From assembly GCA_016748015.1 (NCBI GenBank), contig JAAOMT010000351.1, positions 1-24,057 on the forward strand: a DNA stretch of 24,057 bases. The letters are read 5' to 3'. Within the stretch, counting starts at the first letter, position 1, and every line of letters begins with the position of its first letter. Origin of the DNA: Geosiphon pyriformis uo1 (Eukaryota > Fungi > Glomeromycota). This document shows, piece after piece, positions 22,197 to 24,057 of this stretch. Both the position numbers and the translations under genes were made by a program. Under the pieces are notes generated by a model, which saw nothing but the letters and a program-made list of their open reading frames with translations, had not been told where the DNA came from and did not search any database.

Positions 22197-22477
22197 TATT
22201 ATGATTTAAGAATTTAGCAAAAGAATCATAAAAATAATATAAACTATTCAATCATAATATAGTGCAGTAATAATCTTAGAAAAGTAATGATTAATATAGT
22301 AGCAAACACCATTTCACAATAGTAGCAAGCACCAGTTCACAATAGCAGCCAACACCAACTGATGATAGCAGCAAATACCAGGTTGAAACATCAAAAAGAA
22401 AGTATTATAATGTGTTTTTTTGTAGAACTACAAACATATATATATACAGTAGCTTTAATATTGAGAAAAGACAATCA
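22197..22477 (+). repeat. 3' LTR of element C
   Basis: Direct repeat of 13582-13862; first TG eroded to TA; includes the 4 x 23-bp array at 22296-22387. Confidence 0.95.
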
Positions 22478-23110
22478 AGATAAAACTAAACTGAATTCTA
22501 TAACTAATTATAAATTAAAGCACAGCTAAGACTAAATAAAAAAACTGCTTGTTTAAGATTGTTTTTTTTAAAACCAAATTGACAAAGAACTTAATATTCA
22601 AATAAGCCTTTGCCATACTTGGTTTGGACAGACCCTTAAAAGACAGAAAAATACCAAAGTATCTATGAGACTCTTCCTTCTGGACAACCAAAATCAGCAA
22701 ACTACTAATTAACAATAAAACATCTTTGATTTGTTAGTTAATAAAAATGGTAATTGTCTTTTCATTATTGATCAAGATATCATTAATCTTAAAAAAACTA
22801 TTAGCAATGTCCAAAATATACTGAGTGGCTGCTTGGTTGTTTTTAATCCAAATTGTGTTATTAATAAAAGTGCCAACCACAAGAAAAGAAGTCATTCCAT
22901 TCTGACTCTCTAACCTGTTAATCTTAGCAATAAACTTAGTATTAATATAATAATTACATAAAATTTTCTGTCATTTAACTTTACACAACAAAGAGTCATA
23001 AAATATTCTCTAAAGCAAAAAAGAAAAAACCTTACTTTGATCCAGACCATTATACACTTAGTACTCACTTGTTAAACCAAAATTAGTCATAACTTAATTG
23101 ATTCTATTAT
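22478..23110 (-). mobile_element. Non-LTR (LINE) RT fragment, C-terminal part of RT and thumb
   Basis: VMTNFGLT..NGLDQSKVF..RIFYDSLLC, GTFINNTIW (eroded FVDD), INNEKT, SHRYFGIFLS (RYLG), ..SYRIQFSFI. Confidence 0.85.
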
Positions 23111-23750
23111 CAATTCTTTTTAATTATAGTATTATTAATAATAATTATTAAGTTTAAGACAAAAAAATTATTGTCTTGTAAAGTATTAATAAAAATATAA
23201 TAAAAACAGAATTTTTTTTTTAAAAACTGTTTTTTTACTTTTTTAAAAATAGTTTTATTTGAAAATTTTTTTAAATTAAAAATATTATTAATATTATTGT
23301 TTTATTGCTTAAAAATTATAAAATCTATAATAAAAATAAAAATAACTAATTAAAAATTTTGTAAAATATAAAGTTATTAAAACTTAAATATATAATATTT
23401 AAAATAAAAATTAAATTAGTATTTAAATAAAAAGTTGTTAAATACATAAATAAAATAAAAACAAATAGTTTTTTTAATTTATATAGTTTAATATAAGTTT
23501 AAATTACTGGTTACATATTTTAAGTTTTAATTAAATTATATTTAATTAATACATAAAAATAACATTATTAAATTTGTTTTATTTACAAATTAAAATACAT
23601 AAACTTTTATTTAATAAGTTTTAAAGTTAAATATAATATATAAAATAATAATAAAAATATATTTTAATACTAGCTTGATTTTTTTCAATTTTAATAGTAT
23701 TAATTCTAATTTTTAAAACTTACAATTATTTTTATTTTAAAATAATAAAA
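23110..23750. other. Extremely AT-rich low-complexity zone
   Basis: Nearly all A/T for about 640 bp between the LINE remnant and CpG-containing sequence. Confidence 0.6.
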
Positions 23751-23987
23751 CGAATTTTATTCAACGTTAATAAACATATTAATGAAATATTGCACAATAC
23801 AATAATTATTAAATAACAATTATATGATGTAGGCATACTGCAGGGGTTAAAAACTCTGATTATAATTTAACAATAACGGGGTTTGTTAAATTTATACTGA
23901 TAAATCAAAGATCTGAAACGTCATTGACACGAACCAAACATATATTAGGCCATATCTTCCCAAACCTTAACAAACACGCAAAACACC

Positions 23988-24057
23988 ATGGCTAGTGTGG
24001 ACAAAATCGAACGTGAATTAGAATACGCTAAGACCCAGTATGATAAATGCGAGGAGA
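23988..24057 (+). CDS. 5' end of a probable host gene (MASVDKIERELEYAKTQYDKCEE...), runs off the window; product unknown
   Basis: ATG in strong context (caccATGG), open to the window end, CpG retained and GC higher than in the repeats; only 23 codons visible. Confidence 0.5.
   Translation, partial: MASVDKIERELEYAKTQYDKCEE

Larger units (their letters stand above)
13582..22477 (+). mobile_element. Element C: full-length degenerate Ty3/Gypsy LTR retrotransposon (~8.9 kb) with dUTPase and extra 3' ORF
   Basis: Two 281-bp direct repeats (TG...CA), PPT before the 3' LTR, gag-PR-Cys-rich-dUTPase-RT-RH-IN-GPY/F-ORF3. Confidence 0.95.

Noticed and set aside
12800-23110. One LINE split by insertion of element C
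   Set aside because: The fragments overlap in RT coordinates and are in the wrong order to be contiguous.

Overview
AT-rich eukaryotic repeat block, probably fungal. The proteins recall Glomeromycotina/Mucoromycota repeats, but that is my unverified recollection. The window holds three related but divergent, pseudogenised Ty3/Gypsy LTR retrotransposons and two fragments of a non-LTR (LINE) reverse transcriptase. Element A (~335-4652, minus) is truncated after the protease and appears inserted into the gag of element B. Element B (~4653-12799, plus) lacks its 5' end. Element C (13582-22477, plus) is full length with two 281-bp LTRs. Architecture, complete in C: long Gag N-terminal extension with a conserved helical domain, capsid, CCHC knuckle, protease, an unrecognised ~220-aa Cys-rich domain, dUTPase, a dUTPase-like spacer, RT, RNase H, integrase with GPY/F, then an extra ~220-240-aa ORF ending at the polypurine tract. 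B shares everything from capsid onward; A shares the part up to the Cys-rich domain. All repeats are heavily eroded by C>T/G>A transitions: 18 of 18 LTR-LTR differences in C are transitions. Extremely AT-rich zones flank the block, and a CpG-retaining probable host gene starts at 23988. All translations and alignments were done by eye, so domain borders are approximate.
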